Virus record (IMG/VR): IMGVR_UViG_3300032267_000768
Span: 1 to 62,084 of that record
DNA from: a virus
Taxonomy: Duplodnaviria > Caudoviricetes
Length of the DNA stretch: 62,084 bases
Strand: one strand, 5' to 3'
Shown here: piece by piece, positions 31,001 through 38,992 of the stretch
How positions within the stretch are numbered: position 1 is the first letter of the stretch
Layout: each line of letters starts with the position of its first letter
Program-made: the position numbers and the translations under genes
The notes under the pieces: model-generated
What the model saw: the letters and a program-made list of their open reading frames with translations, nothing else
Told to the model about the DNA's origin: nothing
Databases searched by the model: none

Positions 31001-34000
31001 CACTACCTGGAAAAAGTTTGCCCCAATTCTTTGTTTTGTACTCTTGATTTCCTTGTTCATACCATATCCATCGAACTTTGCTCAAATCCCACCAAACTTC
31101 TCCTACGTGTTCTTCAGCCCAAGACATGGTTGGTTTAACATTAACCGCTTCTGTGCCTAAATTGTAAACTGCTGGATCCCATTCAGTTTTATAATTAATT
31201 TCTCTGTCTGCTATACCTAATATTCTACCTTTAATGGGATCATAATAATCAATATATGATTTAATTTTTTGTTCTGCTCGATCAAAAATAAAAGCAGAAT
31301 CTATTTGTCGATCATCAATTAATGTTTCCTCTTCTTCTACCGCGTTCCAACTATATGATCCGGGTGTTGCTAAATCAAACACAGCAACCATACCATCATT
31401 TTCACGAGTAGAATTATCAGAAAATTTTGTATCATCACCTGGAGCACCTACAAATACACTGTTATTAATTACAAAAACAGATCTACCAAAATCATCATTG
31501 GCTGACACGTTAGAAGTTATTAACTTGCCATCTAAAACAAAATTGTCATTGTATTTGGTTGCTGTAAAAACTCCCCCAGATCCTATATTAAGATCTACTA
31601 TTTGTGTGTCTTGTAAATCAAATGTAGTCAATCCACTATCAAATTTTACTGTTCGACTGTTTGCAAATTTTTCTGCTCCTATAACTAATCTATCAGCATC
31701 ATGATTAAGATGCACTGTAGATCCAAATTGCATGTTAGTTGCAGTTTCTGGAGAATAAATTGTTTGTTGTAAAGTATATGTGTTGGTTGATCCGTCTGCG
31801 TTCCATTTATAAATGTAAACAGCACCTGCATCTGCTTGTGATAAGTTGTCTCTACCTGGAGCAGAAATAATCAAAGTTGCTCCGTCCTTACTCATAGATA
31901 GACTCTCTCCAAACGCTGTGTTTAATGTGCTGTCATCTGCTGATACACCTTTGAGTGTTTGCACATGAGAGAATCCTAAAACACTGCTGTCATCGTTGCT
32001 TGGACTGTTTCTAACAAAAATTTCTACCATACCAGCATCATCTGGACTTACTGAAGATACTGCTAATATATCACCATTATCATTTATAGCCATTCTATGA
32101 CCAAATCTTTTATTACTGCCTGATTGGCTGCTGACAACACTATTATCCTGTGTCCATGCTGCAAATGTACTATCTTCAACCGGAGTATATGTGTATAGAT
32201 ACACTATTCCTGTATCATTAGCATAACCTGGAGCTCCAACCAAAAGATATTTTTGTCTAGTATATTTGTTGCTGTCTATAGTTGGTTCTGCCATAGCATG
32301 CGACCAACCAAAATTTATATTTGCCGATGAGCTGTCGTCTGCAGGTTTTATAGTTGTAAATTCATTATATGCTTTTGTCACGGAATCCCATATGAATAAT
32401 TTTACTAAACCACTGTTGTTGCGTCTTGTGCTGCCGTCTATTGTTAAAATATTAGCATATGGTGCTCCTGCTACAACAAAATTTTCATCAGTACTCATTG
32501 ATAAACTATGTCCCAGTCGACCGGTGCCAGTGGTGCTGTCCGACATTACAGCAGTGTTTGCGAGTGAAAATGCTACTCCAGGATTATTTTCTCCTCTGCT
32601 AAAGAAATATAAAGCTCCTTGAGACGTTGCTCCTCGACTGCCAGGCGCAGAAATTATAACAAATCTTCCATCAGATCTAGCAATTGTTTTATAACCAAAC
32701 TCTTGATTATTATCTGTATCCGGAGATCCTATTCTAAAAGTTTTGTAAGGATCGATCTTTTCATAAATTTTCCAATTGGCTCCTGCATTGTCTACAAAGA
32801 TTTTATCCCCAGGCAATCGATTAACAGCATCTGCTGCTTGATATTCGTTATAAGGTAAAACAGTATTAACAGTGTCCAACGAAGATAATCTCACACTTAC
32901 AAAACGATATAGATTACCATATGTTGTTATTGTGGATGCATCTGTTGATATGAAAGATCTGCTAATTGTAGAAGCATTTGAAAAATTAACTAAAATAGAA
33001 GTTGCATCTATAATCTGTGTAATTTGGTATACGATATTTAATGTAGGAAATTGACTATTGTTTATCGCTATATATTGATTCACTATTAAATTGTGTACTC
33101 CGTTAAATCCTAATATAACCTGAGTATTATTGTTTATTGGTTTTATTGTGATAAGATTAAGTCCTGTATACGTGATCCTCTGTACGTCCCAATCGCTGTT
33201 GGGTTTTTTTGCTATCCATATCAAATCTTTATTATTAATCTCATTAACATTTAAATTTAATAAGTCTTTTTCATCAAATGCAGTGTGTTGTGCATCTGTT
33301 ATTCTCACATATCCTGCAGTTTTATATTTTTGAACAAAATCTCTATCATATCCCTGTTGAGTATAATCATATCTAGAGAACGTAGTTGAAGCTGTATACT
33401 CTAGAGGTTTAGAATAAAACTTATCGCTAGTTACTGACAACGATCTTGTATAATCTTCAGTATCATTATCATCATTCAATAATTCAATACTTTGAGCATT
33501 GCTTGTAAAATTATTGTCTGATAAGGTAAGTTGTATCGACTTGCTGCCGTCAAGATTTCCAAATTCTCCTACTTTTATCATCCACTCTGGATACACTGTT
33601 AAATTGATATTTTCTCCATAAAATTTGGCTTTAACTAATCGGTCTATGGCATTCTGTGTGCCTTTTTCTCTAATAAAGCCTTGATAGAATTTATATTGAG
33701 AAACGTCATTTAAGAAAAGATTTTCTAAATATGACCTAGATTGATACCCTGTTAAATGCTGTGCTAATTTTTGTTGTGTTTCATCAAAATTGTTAGTTTC
33801 TAAATTATAAAAATCGTTGAATTGTGAAATTTTATAATCAAAGTTAGGTATTAATTGAGCCGATGGTTTAGATTTTTTCTTAGTCCATTTTTCAAAATCG
33901 AATTCTGTGCCAGAATTATGATTTTTTTTAGACACATAGAACCCATTGGCATACTCTACTGTGTTTCCTATTTGATAGTCTGTATTTGCAATCCATCTGT

Positions 34001-37000
34001 CTACTTTAGCTTCATCAAATATAAATCCTGGAGAATAATAATCCCCATTCCAATCACCTGTTTTCCATCCTACTAATTTTAATCTCTGCTGACGAAATCC
34101 TGTAACCAATTCAAATATTATGTCAGAAAACACTGTGATATTATCAAAAAGTATAATTTGTTCTTTTTGCACAGCATTCATTGAAATGTTATAGATGCCT
34201 GCTTCGGTATTTTTTACAGCAATAGAAAATTTATTACCAACACGTTTGGTTGAAATATATTGAGTTTCTATAGCACGACCAGCAGAATCTAAAACTGAAT
34301 ATTGTCCTAATGAATTTTGAAATTTACTGATAACACTATTATCAGTAGCTAAAACAAATCCTGCAGCGCCTGGACTCAATGTTATTGCTGAGCCTAGAGC
34401 CCATCCTTGTCTAGTCCAATATAAGAATTCTTTAGCACTGGTTTCCCAATTGTTTATTTCTTTTATTTCGTTGCTAAATTTATCAAATATAAATCCTTGA
34501 AGTTCTAAATATTTTCCATAACCAATTAAAAAATTAATCACTTGTTGAACAGTTTTAAACACAGCACCATAAGGAACAACAGTTTCGTTTTCACTCCAGT
34601 CGTTATAAATGATTGCACTGCTGTTTCCGATAGTGATCGAATGAGCATTTTTATTTTCTACAGGATTTAAAACTCTAAAATAAGGTTTGATTGTGTTATA
34701 TCCAATAACTTTGTACCCACCTTCAAGTGTGCTGCCATCACCAGTAACATTAGAATTTAATTCAACCAACACTCCCGAATAATCATAATCTCTAACAGGA
34801 TTACTGATTCTAAATAAAACTTTATAGTTTTCATTAGGTATAAATTGAGACCCTGCTGTAGATCCTGGGCTTATGCTGTCTGTTAAAACTTTTAAATTTT
34901 CTTTATCAGTAAATCCTCCCAATTTATATGCTAATTGTACATTGAGATTTTTTAATTTGTCATAGAAAAAGGGAGCTGGATCTAATCCGTTCTTAATTAG
35001 ATAGTTAACTATAAAAGGTTGATATCCAGCAGTGATTCCTGTTGTAGATCCGCCGGTTGTTTCTAAATAATATTTGGTAGATTTAAGTGTTGATGCTACT
35101 TCTGTTTCACTGTTAATATAATTTCCTGCTACATTCTTTTTTAATCTACTATTGTCTAAAAAATATCCAAAGAATTTAGCTGGCTTAGTTAATGCTAATA
35201 ATTTCATTATACTGAAAGGATATTGACTGCTTCTACGCCACGCCGTTTCACTTGGTCCTTGGTCTCCAAATTTCCATTTTTCATTAATTCCAAGATTTTG
35301 ATACTGATCTATTAATCCGATAGCCATAGGTGATTTTAAATTGCCAGAGTTATCCACAGGAATATAATCTAATAAGCCGGGTCTTTTGTATTTGTTTACA
35401 GTTTCTTCTAGCCCTGTGTTATAGCCTGCCGTTAGATCATTCCATAGTAATTCGTTACCTGAAGTATAAGGTGCTGGTCCATAAGTGTCTATCCACCAAG
35501 ACGGTTGTTCGCTGTGCCCCAACATTTCCCATGGATGAGTGTGTGGTCGATCTGTATCATAGAAATATTTGTATATGCCTCTCCAATACCCTGGAAGAGT
35601 TTCACCATTTATAATATTTTTATTTTTACTGTAATTGAAAGTAAAATAATCATTCTCATCATAGTTTGTATTGTTTTGATATTCTATACCATTTTGTCCT
35701 GCCCAGTTATAAAAATCTAAACTTAATATACTGTTAATTTCACTGTTATTATATTCGGAGGTCCTAAATACTCCAGGTCTTATATCATCTTCTGATAATA
35801 ATTCTGAATTAAATACTGTTTTGCAATTGTTATAAATTCTTTTTTCTAATTCTAGTAAAAGATCATCACGATAGTCTCCAAAAGCAATAGTTCTGCTACC
35901 ATCGTGCCCTACGATAACTTCCACAGGTGTTCTATACGTGTTATCAATAATTTTTTCTGGTTTAAATTTTGGATACATTCCTAGTTTTGTTGGTGTTGGC
36001 GGTACAAAACTTCCTGCAGTATTTTCATAATCTTTAATTGTAATTTTATCTCCGGTGTTTAAGGCTTTTGTTATGGTTACACCATCTGATTCTGTGTTAA
36101 AAATATAGTCATACCCTAGAATTAATATTTGGTCATTAAGATATACATATACTGCTCTAGTACTCGGAACAGTAGTATCAAACTGTGAATCAATAGCATA
36201 TTCTAGTTCTTCGGGATCTTGTACTGTATAATTTCTCACAGTAAGTTTTTCTCCATGCCCTATCATGTCATCATAATAAAAAGGAAAACTTGCATTCTTA
36301 TTATTAGAAGTATTTTTAATTATTTCGTTAACTCTGTCTGAAATTAATCCTTCGTGTGCTGTTCCTTGTGTATTAACTAAAAACGTTTCTTTAAACCTTT
36401 GGTATTCATTATTACAATATTCTATCGATTTAATAGCATTCGCATTTTGATCTATTAATAAAAATATAGCCTGAGGTAAAGCAGAACCGTGTTGAATTAT
36501 AGAACCACCTTCTAATCTCACATTGCCTATGTCCCTTAAATTGCTGCTGCCAGGAGTATCACCAACCATTTCAACATTTTTTTCATTGATGTCGTGTAAA
36601 TGATTTAATATTTGTCCGTATGTAAAATCAGACAGTTGTGCATTGAACGGATTTACTGATATGTTTTCGGGTATTTCGTATATGCCTTTGCTTGCAATTT
36701 TTTTTGCTGAACTGTAACAATTTAACTCAACTAAATCGTTTACATTTAAATCTTTAGCAAATTTTACATATTTGTAGGTCAATCCATCTACCAGTGTGTA
36801 ATCTGTTCCTAAATTTTGAGTTATGTGATTAACATCTACAGTTACAGATAAATCAGATAACGATTTACTGTTTTCAAAAACATCCACCGGAAATAATTTT
36901 AATTCATCTCTGGTTACTGTAAATAACCTTTTAACTCTCTGTCTGCTCTCTTCTTTTCTTTCAATCCAACCGCATCTGCTGACATGATTATCTTTAGAAA

Positions 37001-38990
37001 GAATCTGATGTGCATGTCCTGTATTAAAATTCTTTGTGTAAGATTGTTCATTAACGTTATATTCAAAAGATCCTGTAGCAAAATCAGAAGTAAAAACAAT
37101 ATCACCTACATTTTTTATTGTATTGTACTTTATTTGTAATCCTAACACAGGATCTTTTGCAGCCATTGAACTAATTTTGTATTCAAAAAGTTTAGATCCT
37201 GTGAAAGTGGAATTTGGATACACATCATTGTCATCAAATGCTTTGTGATTTTTATCAAACAATGAGAACAGTGGTGGTTGATTAATATCTAATTTAGATT
37301 GTCCTTCTATCCATGCTCTTTCAACGGTGCTGTAATAAAAAGTTTTTGATTGATTAATTGCTCCTAGCTCAACCGATACAGCGTCCCCGTCTAATGGTAG
37401 AGCATCTGAATCTTCAGTTAATCTCAGCGTGGTTACTTCTGCTCCTGCCACACTAACAAAGTTAACCACATATATTCTATTATTAATTAAAGGATCTGTG
37501 TCTGCAGTAATTAACAATCTCATGCCGTCTCTCAAAGGCACGCCATCCACAATATATCCTGTTTGGTTGACCATTTTTGAAAAAACATCTTTGGTCACGT
37601 TATCAACCAACGCTACTGATTTTTTAGCAGTGGTTCCATGATTGAATAAAGACAATCCAGAATCAAATTCTATAATGGGTCTTTTGGCTCTGTCTGTTTC
37701 TAGTAGTACTGGTGTATAGCCATTTGCTACAGCAGTAGCTTCTATCACTGCTTTGTGAAACCATCTATTGTATTTGCTCCAAGCATTGCCATCGATACTG
37801 TCTCTTTTAATAGTGATATAATCTGGTGTTACTGGTCTATAAAAACTAACCGAATATGGTCTGTCTGCATAGGGCACACCATCATATGGTTCTGTAGATT
37901 CTTCAGTGTATGATCCTGTTACAATTAAATTTGCTGTGTCTGTTAATGTAATTGATGCTCCTACGCCTTCAACATAAAATTCTTTTCTAGCGTAAGTAGA
38001 ACTAGCGACATTATCTTCAAATCGCACTTTCATACCATTTGATAATTTGGTACCTGATTTTAAAGTATAATTTTTTGTTCCTATGATCTCGTGTTCGACA
38101 TCTATTTTTGTTGTCTCACTTATGGTTCTTATTGTGAATATGCCCTGCATGCTTGCATGATTACCACATTGATAATATAAAACAGCAGGAGCACTTGTGG
38201 GTACAGTAAAAGTTAATGTGCCTTTGTCTGTGCCATTGCCTGACACTCCTGTACTGTATATTACCGAAGTGCTGCCATCTTCTGCTATACCGGTTTTGAA
38301 TGGTTCAGTCATTATGTAGAAAGGATGTCCCTGTGTATCTAAAATAAACTTATAAGTGTTACCTCTGTATAGAGTAATTGACGGATTATCTAGGCCTGGA
38401 TATATTCCAAAATTATAAGCAGATTGTCCAGTGTGTGTTACTTCAATTTCAGAAACTGTATTGGTTCCGTTGTTGGCTATCAGAATAGGATTAGGTCCTT
38501 CTGGCATCCAGTAATATTCTCTGTAATTGATTAACTTGTCAAAATCTATAGATGGATCCCATGAATAAACTTTTTCTTTATTAAGTCTATCATGATTAGT
38601 AATATTGCCTCCAAAGAATTTTATTTGATTAATATAATCATCATAGGTAGCAGTAAATTTTATTTGATCTTCTGGATTAATCGAAGAAGTATCTTTGTCT
38701 GTGTATGTTACTGTGGGTTCTAATTGATAATTGTCTCTGTCTTCAATACCAGATTCAATATACTTGTCTGTGGATAATCTAGTATAAGAATCTTTTCTAC
38801 CAACATATCCATCTAATCTAATTAAACTACCTGGTTGGATCAATTGATCTAGTGTGGTGTTTAAAAATCTTTCGTTAACATCGGTTCTATAAAAAGCAGG
38901 TAAATGTGCAATTGATCTACGAAGCGTTACTCCTTTTTCATCAGTAACGACGTCATAGTTTGATTGACTATCTAAAGGTTTGTCTACCAT
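25050..38990 (-). CDS. Giant (4646 aa) baseplate wedge/fibre-platform protein
   Basis: Follows the gp6 homologue. Contains EIKPYHTKIR, GGSGY..APTV repeats, 7 FG-GAP-like repeats, GDGST repeats and C-terminal RRGTLGT. Confidence 0.8.
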   Translation of the reverse strand: MVDKPLDSQSNYDVVTDEKGVTLRRSIAHLPAFYRTDVNERFLNTTLDQLIQPGSLIRLDGYVGRKDSYTRLSTDKYIESGIEDRDNYQLEPTVTYTDKDTSSINPEDQIKFTATYDDYINQIKFFGGNITNHDRLNKEKVYSWDPSIDFDKLINYREYYWMPEGPNPILIANNGTNTVSEIEVTHTGQSAYNFGIYPGLDNPSITLYRGNTYKFILDTQGHPFYIMTEPFKTGIAEDGSTSVIYSTGVSGNGTDKGTLTFTVPTSAPAVLYYQCGNHASMQGIFTIRTISETTKIDVEHEIIGTKNYTLKSGTKLSNGMKVRFEDNVASSTYARKEFYVEGVGASITLTDTANLIVTGSYTEESTEPYDGVPYADRPYSVSFYRPVTPDYITIKRDSIDGNAWSKYNRWFHKAVIEATAVANGYTPVLLETDRAKRPIIEFDSGLSLFNHGTTAKKSVALVDNVTKDVFSKMVNQTGYIVDGVPLRDGMRLLITADTDPLINNRIYVVNFVSVAGAEVTTLRLTEDSDALPLDGDAVSVELGAINQSKTFYYSTVERAWIEGQSKLDINQPPLFSLFDKNHKAFDDNDVYPNSTFTGSKLFEYKISSMAAKDPVLGLQIKYNTIKNVGDIVFTSDFATGSFEYNVNEQSYTKNFNTGHAHQILSKDNHVSRCGWIERKEESRQRVKRLFTVTRDELKLFPVDVFENSKSLSDLSVTVDVNHITQNLGTDYTLVDGLTYKYVKFAKDLNVNDLVELNCYSSAKKIASKGIYEIPENISVNPFNAQLSDFTYGQILNHLHDINEKNVEMVGDTPGSSNLRDIGNVRLEGGSIIQHGSALPQAIFLLIDQNANAIKSIEYCNNEYQRFKETFLVNTQGTAHEGLISDRVNEIIKNTSNNKNASFPFYYDDMIGHGEKLTVRNYTVQDPEELEYAIDSQFDTTVPSTRAVYVYLNDQILILGYDYIFNTESDGVTITKALNTGDKITIKDYENTAGSFVPPTPTKLGMYPKFKPEKIIDNTYRTPVEVIVGHDGSRTIAFGDYRDDLLLELEKRIYNNCKTVFNSELLSEDDIRPGVFRTSEYNNSEINSILSLDFYNWAGQNGIEYQNNTNYDENDYFTFNYSKNKNIINGETLPGYWRGIYKYFYDTDRPHTHPWEMLGHSEQPSWWIDTYGPAPYTSGNELLWNDLTAGYNTGLEETVNKYKRPGLLDYIPVDNSGNLKSPMAIGLIDQYQNLGINEKWKFGDQGPSETAWRRSSQYPFSIMKLLALTKPAKFFGYFLDNSRLKKNVAGNYINSETEVASTLKSTKYYLETTGGSTTGITAGYQPFIVNYLIKNGLDPAPFFYDKLKNLNVQLAYKLGGFTDKENLKVLTDSISPGSTAGSQFIPNENYKVLFRISNPVRDYDYSGVLVELNSNVTGDGSTLEGGYKVIGYNTIKPYFRVLNPVENKNAHSITIGNSSAIIYNDWSENETVVPYGAVFKTVQQVINFLIGYGKYLELQGFIFDKFSNEIKEINNWETSAKEFLYWTRQGWALGSAITLSPGAAGFVLATDNSVISKFQNSLGQYSVLDSAGRAIETQYISTKRVGNKFSIAVKNTEAGIYNISMNAVQKEQIILFDNITVFSDIIFELVTGFRQQRLKLVGWKTGDWNGDYYSPGFIFDEAKVDRWIANTDYQIGNTVEYANGFYVSKKNHNSGTEFDFEKWTKKKSKPSAQLIPNFDYKISQFNDFYNLETNNFDETQQKLAQHLTGYQSRSYLENLFLNDVSQYKFYQGFIREKGTQNAIDRLVKAKFYGENINLTVYPEWMIKVGEFGNLDGSKSIQLTLSDNNFTSNAQSIELLNDDNDTEDYTRSLSVTSDKFYSKPLEYTASTTFSRYDYTQQGYDRDFVQKYKTAGYVRITDAQHTAFDEKDLLNLNVNEINNKDLIWIAKKPNSDWDVQRITYTGLNLITIKPINNNTQVILGFNGVHNLIVNQYIAINNSQFPTLNIVYQITQIIDATSILVNFSNASTISRSFISTDASTITTYGNLYRFVSVRLSSLDTVNTVLPYNEYQAADAVNRLPGDKIFVDNAGANWKIYEKIDPYKTFRIGSPDTDNNQEFGYKTIARSDGRFVIISAPGSRGATSQGALYFFSRGENNPGVAFSLANTAVMSDSTTGTGRLGHSLSMSTDENFVVAGAPYANILTIDGSTRRNNSGLVKLFIWDSVTKAYNEFTTIKPADDSSSANINFGWSHAMAEPTIDSNKYTRQKYLLVGAPGYANDTGIVYLYTYTPVEDSTFAAWTQDNSVVSSQSGSNKRFGHRMAINDNGDILAVSSVSPDDAGMVEIFVRNSPSNDDSSVLGFSHVQTLKGVSADDSTLNTAFGESLSMSKDGATLIISAPGRDNLSQADAGAVYIYKWNADGSTNTYTLQQTIYSPETATNMQFGSTVHLNHDADRLVIGAEKFANSRTVKFDSGLTTFDLQDTQIVDLNIGSGGVFTATKYNDNFVLDGKLITSNVSANDDFGRSVFVINNSVFVGAPGDDTKFSDNSTRENDGMVAVFDLATPGSYSWNAVEEEETLIDDRQIDSAFIFDRAEQKIKSYIDYYDPIKGRILGIADREINYKTEWDPAVYNLGTEAVNVKPTMSWAEEHVGEVWWDLSKVRWIWYEQGNQEYKTKNWGKLFPGSEIDIYEWVETTLLPSEWNQLADTAVGLSQKVSGKPLYPDNTVFTLRQKYDSRSDGFINYYYYWVKNNVFLPNIAKSVVTRKNTTGYIANIINNPKAAGIRYFAVSGTNKLIAFNIKNDIINDNTVLNITYKDTIKEGDSHYVWKLIKEGDKDDAPNTQIEKKWWDSLIGSDEAGNEVPDIALPLNQKYGNKVRPRQSWYVDRFNALKEIIDYVNSVLAKNQLADNIRYDNLNSAEAEPNAISREWDDTVETYDDLTYIDTRDISGTTNILVKNDQTFSKGFWAIYNWNGAEWVRTKLQTYKTSAYYDRVDWYDESFDSNAIIEKQLNYQYELDALSLDNGKYVKVLTADTGGWKIFESTAEGFKNIATQNGTIQLKTSLYDYSIDNTGFDGQDAFDVNFFDSEPKLELRKILTAIRDDLFIGDLKVEYNNIFFIGLRKVLEQQKYVDWLIKTSFINVSNVLRELDQRKSYRVTTEDYVEEYINEIKPYHTKIREYKLGYTGLDTEDGIYTDFDLPAFYDGDTIRNVNISNDAAILSTYPYRFWRDNYKKYVDSITVIDGGSGYITAPTVTLVGGTIKTVGPFTVLGTSTQGASSGQYGYFYPLYTAKVDADLADSQAGGAGTSELFKFNEFSSVDFYMPTTGQNIAITDRPESYEIYTLSDVTQATARAVIKEGAVVRIVVLTAGTKYTSIPRVIITGGGANGNTPVNSARAYANLRNDIVRDISTTIKFDRVQSTATVLQWTSNTTYAYNDLIRHDNKLYKVIATYTSTETFDEGLTNLTRLRGDEPYITAAERTLGLYAPDAGMPGNELSQVMTGVDYGGVMVTGLAFDNGQGWDRSPWYDLPWDSFGLSRVKIFYGDGTTTSFTFDYAPQPTDVYTVYFTDISDSSVQYPAAMANVNRVRQRTQVLRGDGTTKTFTILGDDGNPTPANTVIELIPFDDDGVLTPTDDKTLDTLITGGLFKSALGVSPSDIIVEGDAFITPETSYAPEENLPGSIFDTVDIRVYTAPTSGVPFIIHKNYIGDASTTLFSIGQLAGTQSSVVVSLDGVTQTLNSEYTVDIQNKTITFASAPAVSSKISIKSFAISGSNYMVLDTFVGDGSTYSFATKSRETYQLDSSMSQLFVTVDGVPTTDYTYTVNNRDITISLHTGDGSTANPPAAGTSVQVASFNQPAGNGRAYSEIRSQQIVYDGSTDTYTLSYPPGSIEPYSSLTILEHQGKILRGPDNTYYLGDGSSNAFSFVDYAGSTEDDSTSTGYVDVKSGEKTGILNDPTAIDSWLQTEYDSAWYMAITRDEVSGELATAKYSLVHDNTNVFVSSSSITSTGIAEHITTDGSIGSGLVSLTGTGSSTLNSVSWYRIGLGDNTVDTIGTSVTINLPLLDSATVSLETPGWDKNTSRGAKYFISVETITGPVKKSNIEALLVHDGTNAYVTSYNIVNTGASDMVTISSDIAAGKVRLLMSSNVGDCRVRAYRILLSDGDTNDGSNVVGNTVISSGETQIDTFQISDYIGAHYIVTAYNASEGAASISEVTLVASSSQIYTNTAPHLSTKGSDQLSFSSSISGSTISFNASSTSGSGTVVSVYRFGLLRNPGGTIIDPSKVRVYLNGIKKDRFSDYAVNIDTKSIIFNDAPANLDLIAISTQVGTHYFDKNDQIVLQPDNMTLDGITLAEGDIITATTFNNAVGMNQRREKFKGNDSGEYYLFQTPLNNDYVFVWANGENLVQGFDWIITDNKITITRLLTSNDRIDIMYFVTEGNNFSTGFRIFKDMLNRTFYKRISQTNTTTLTTNLSIDDKTITVTDGSVLKSVDGSTLLPGVIFIDNERIEYLYKDGNTLSNIRRGTLGTAIKNHISGASVVDASGQQTVPYADTIYTKKHIADGSTTAFISSQSLNSPHEVDVFVGGRRLPYLNEDSSANYTVNTWDGSSANIILSEQPAAGTEVKIIQKRGQIWYNRGETTAADGKGLGKSNTAQAKFIAGEPTNVPE

Positions 38991-38992
38991 TA

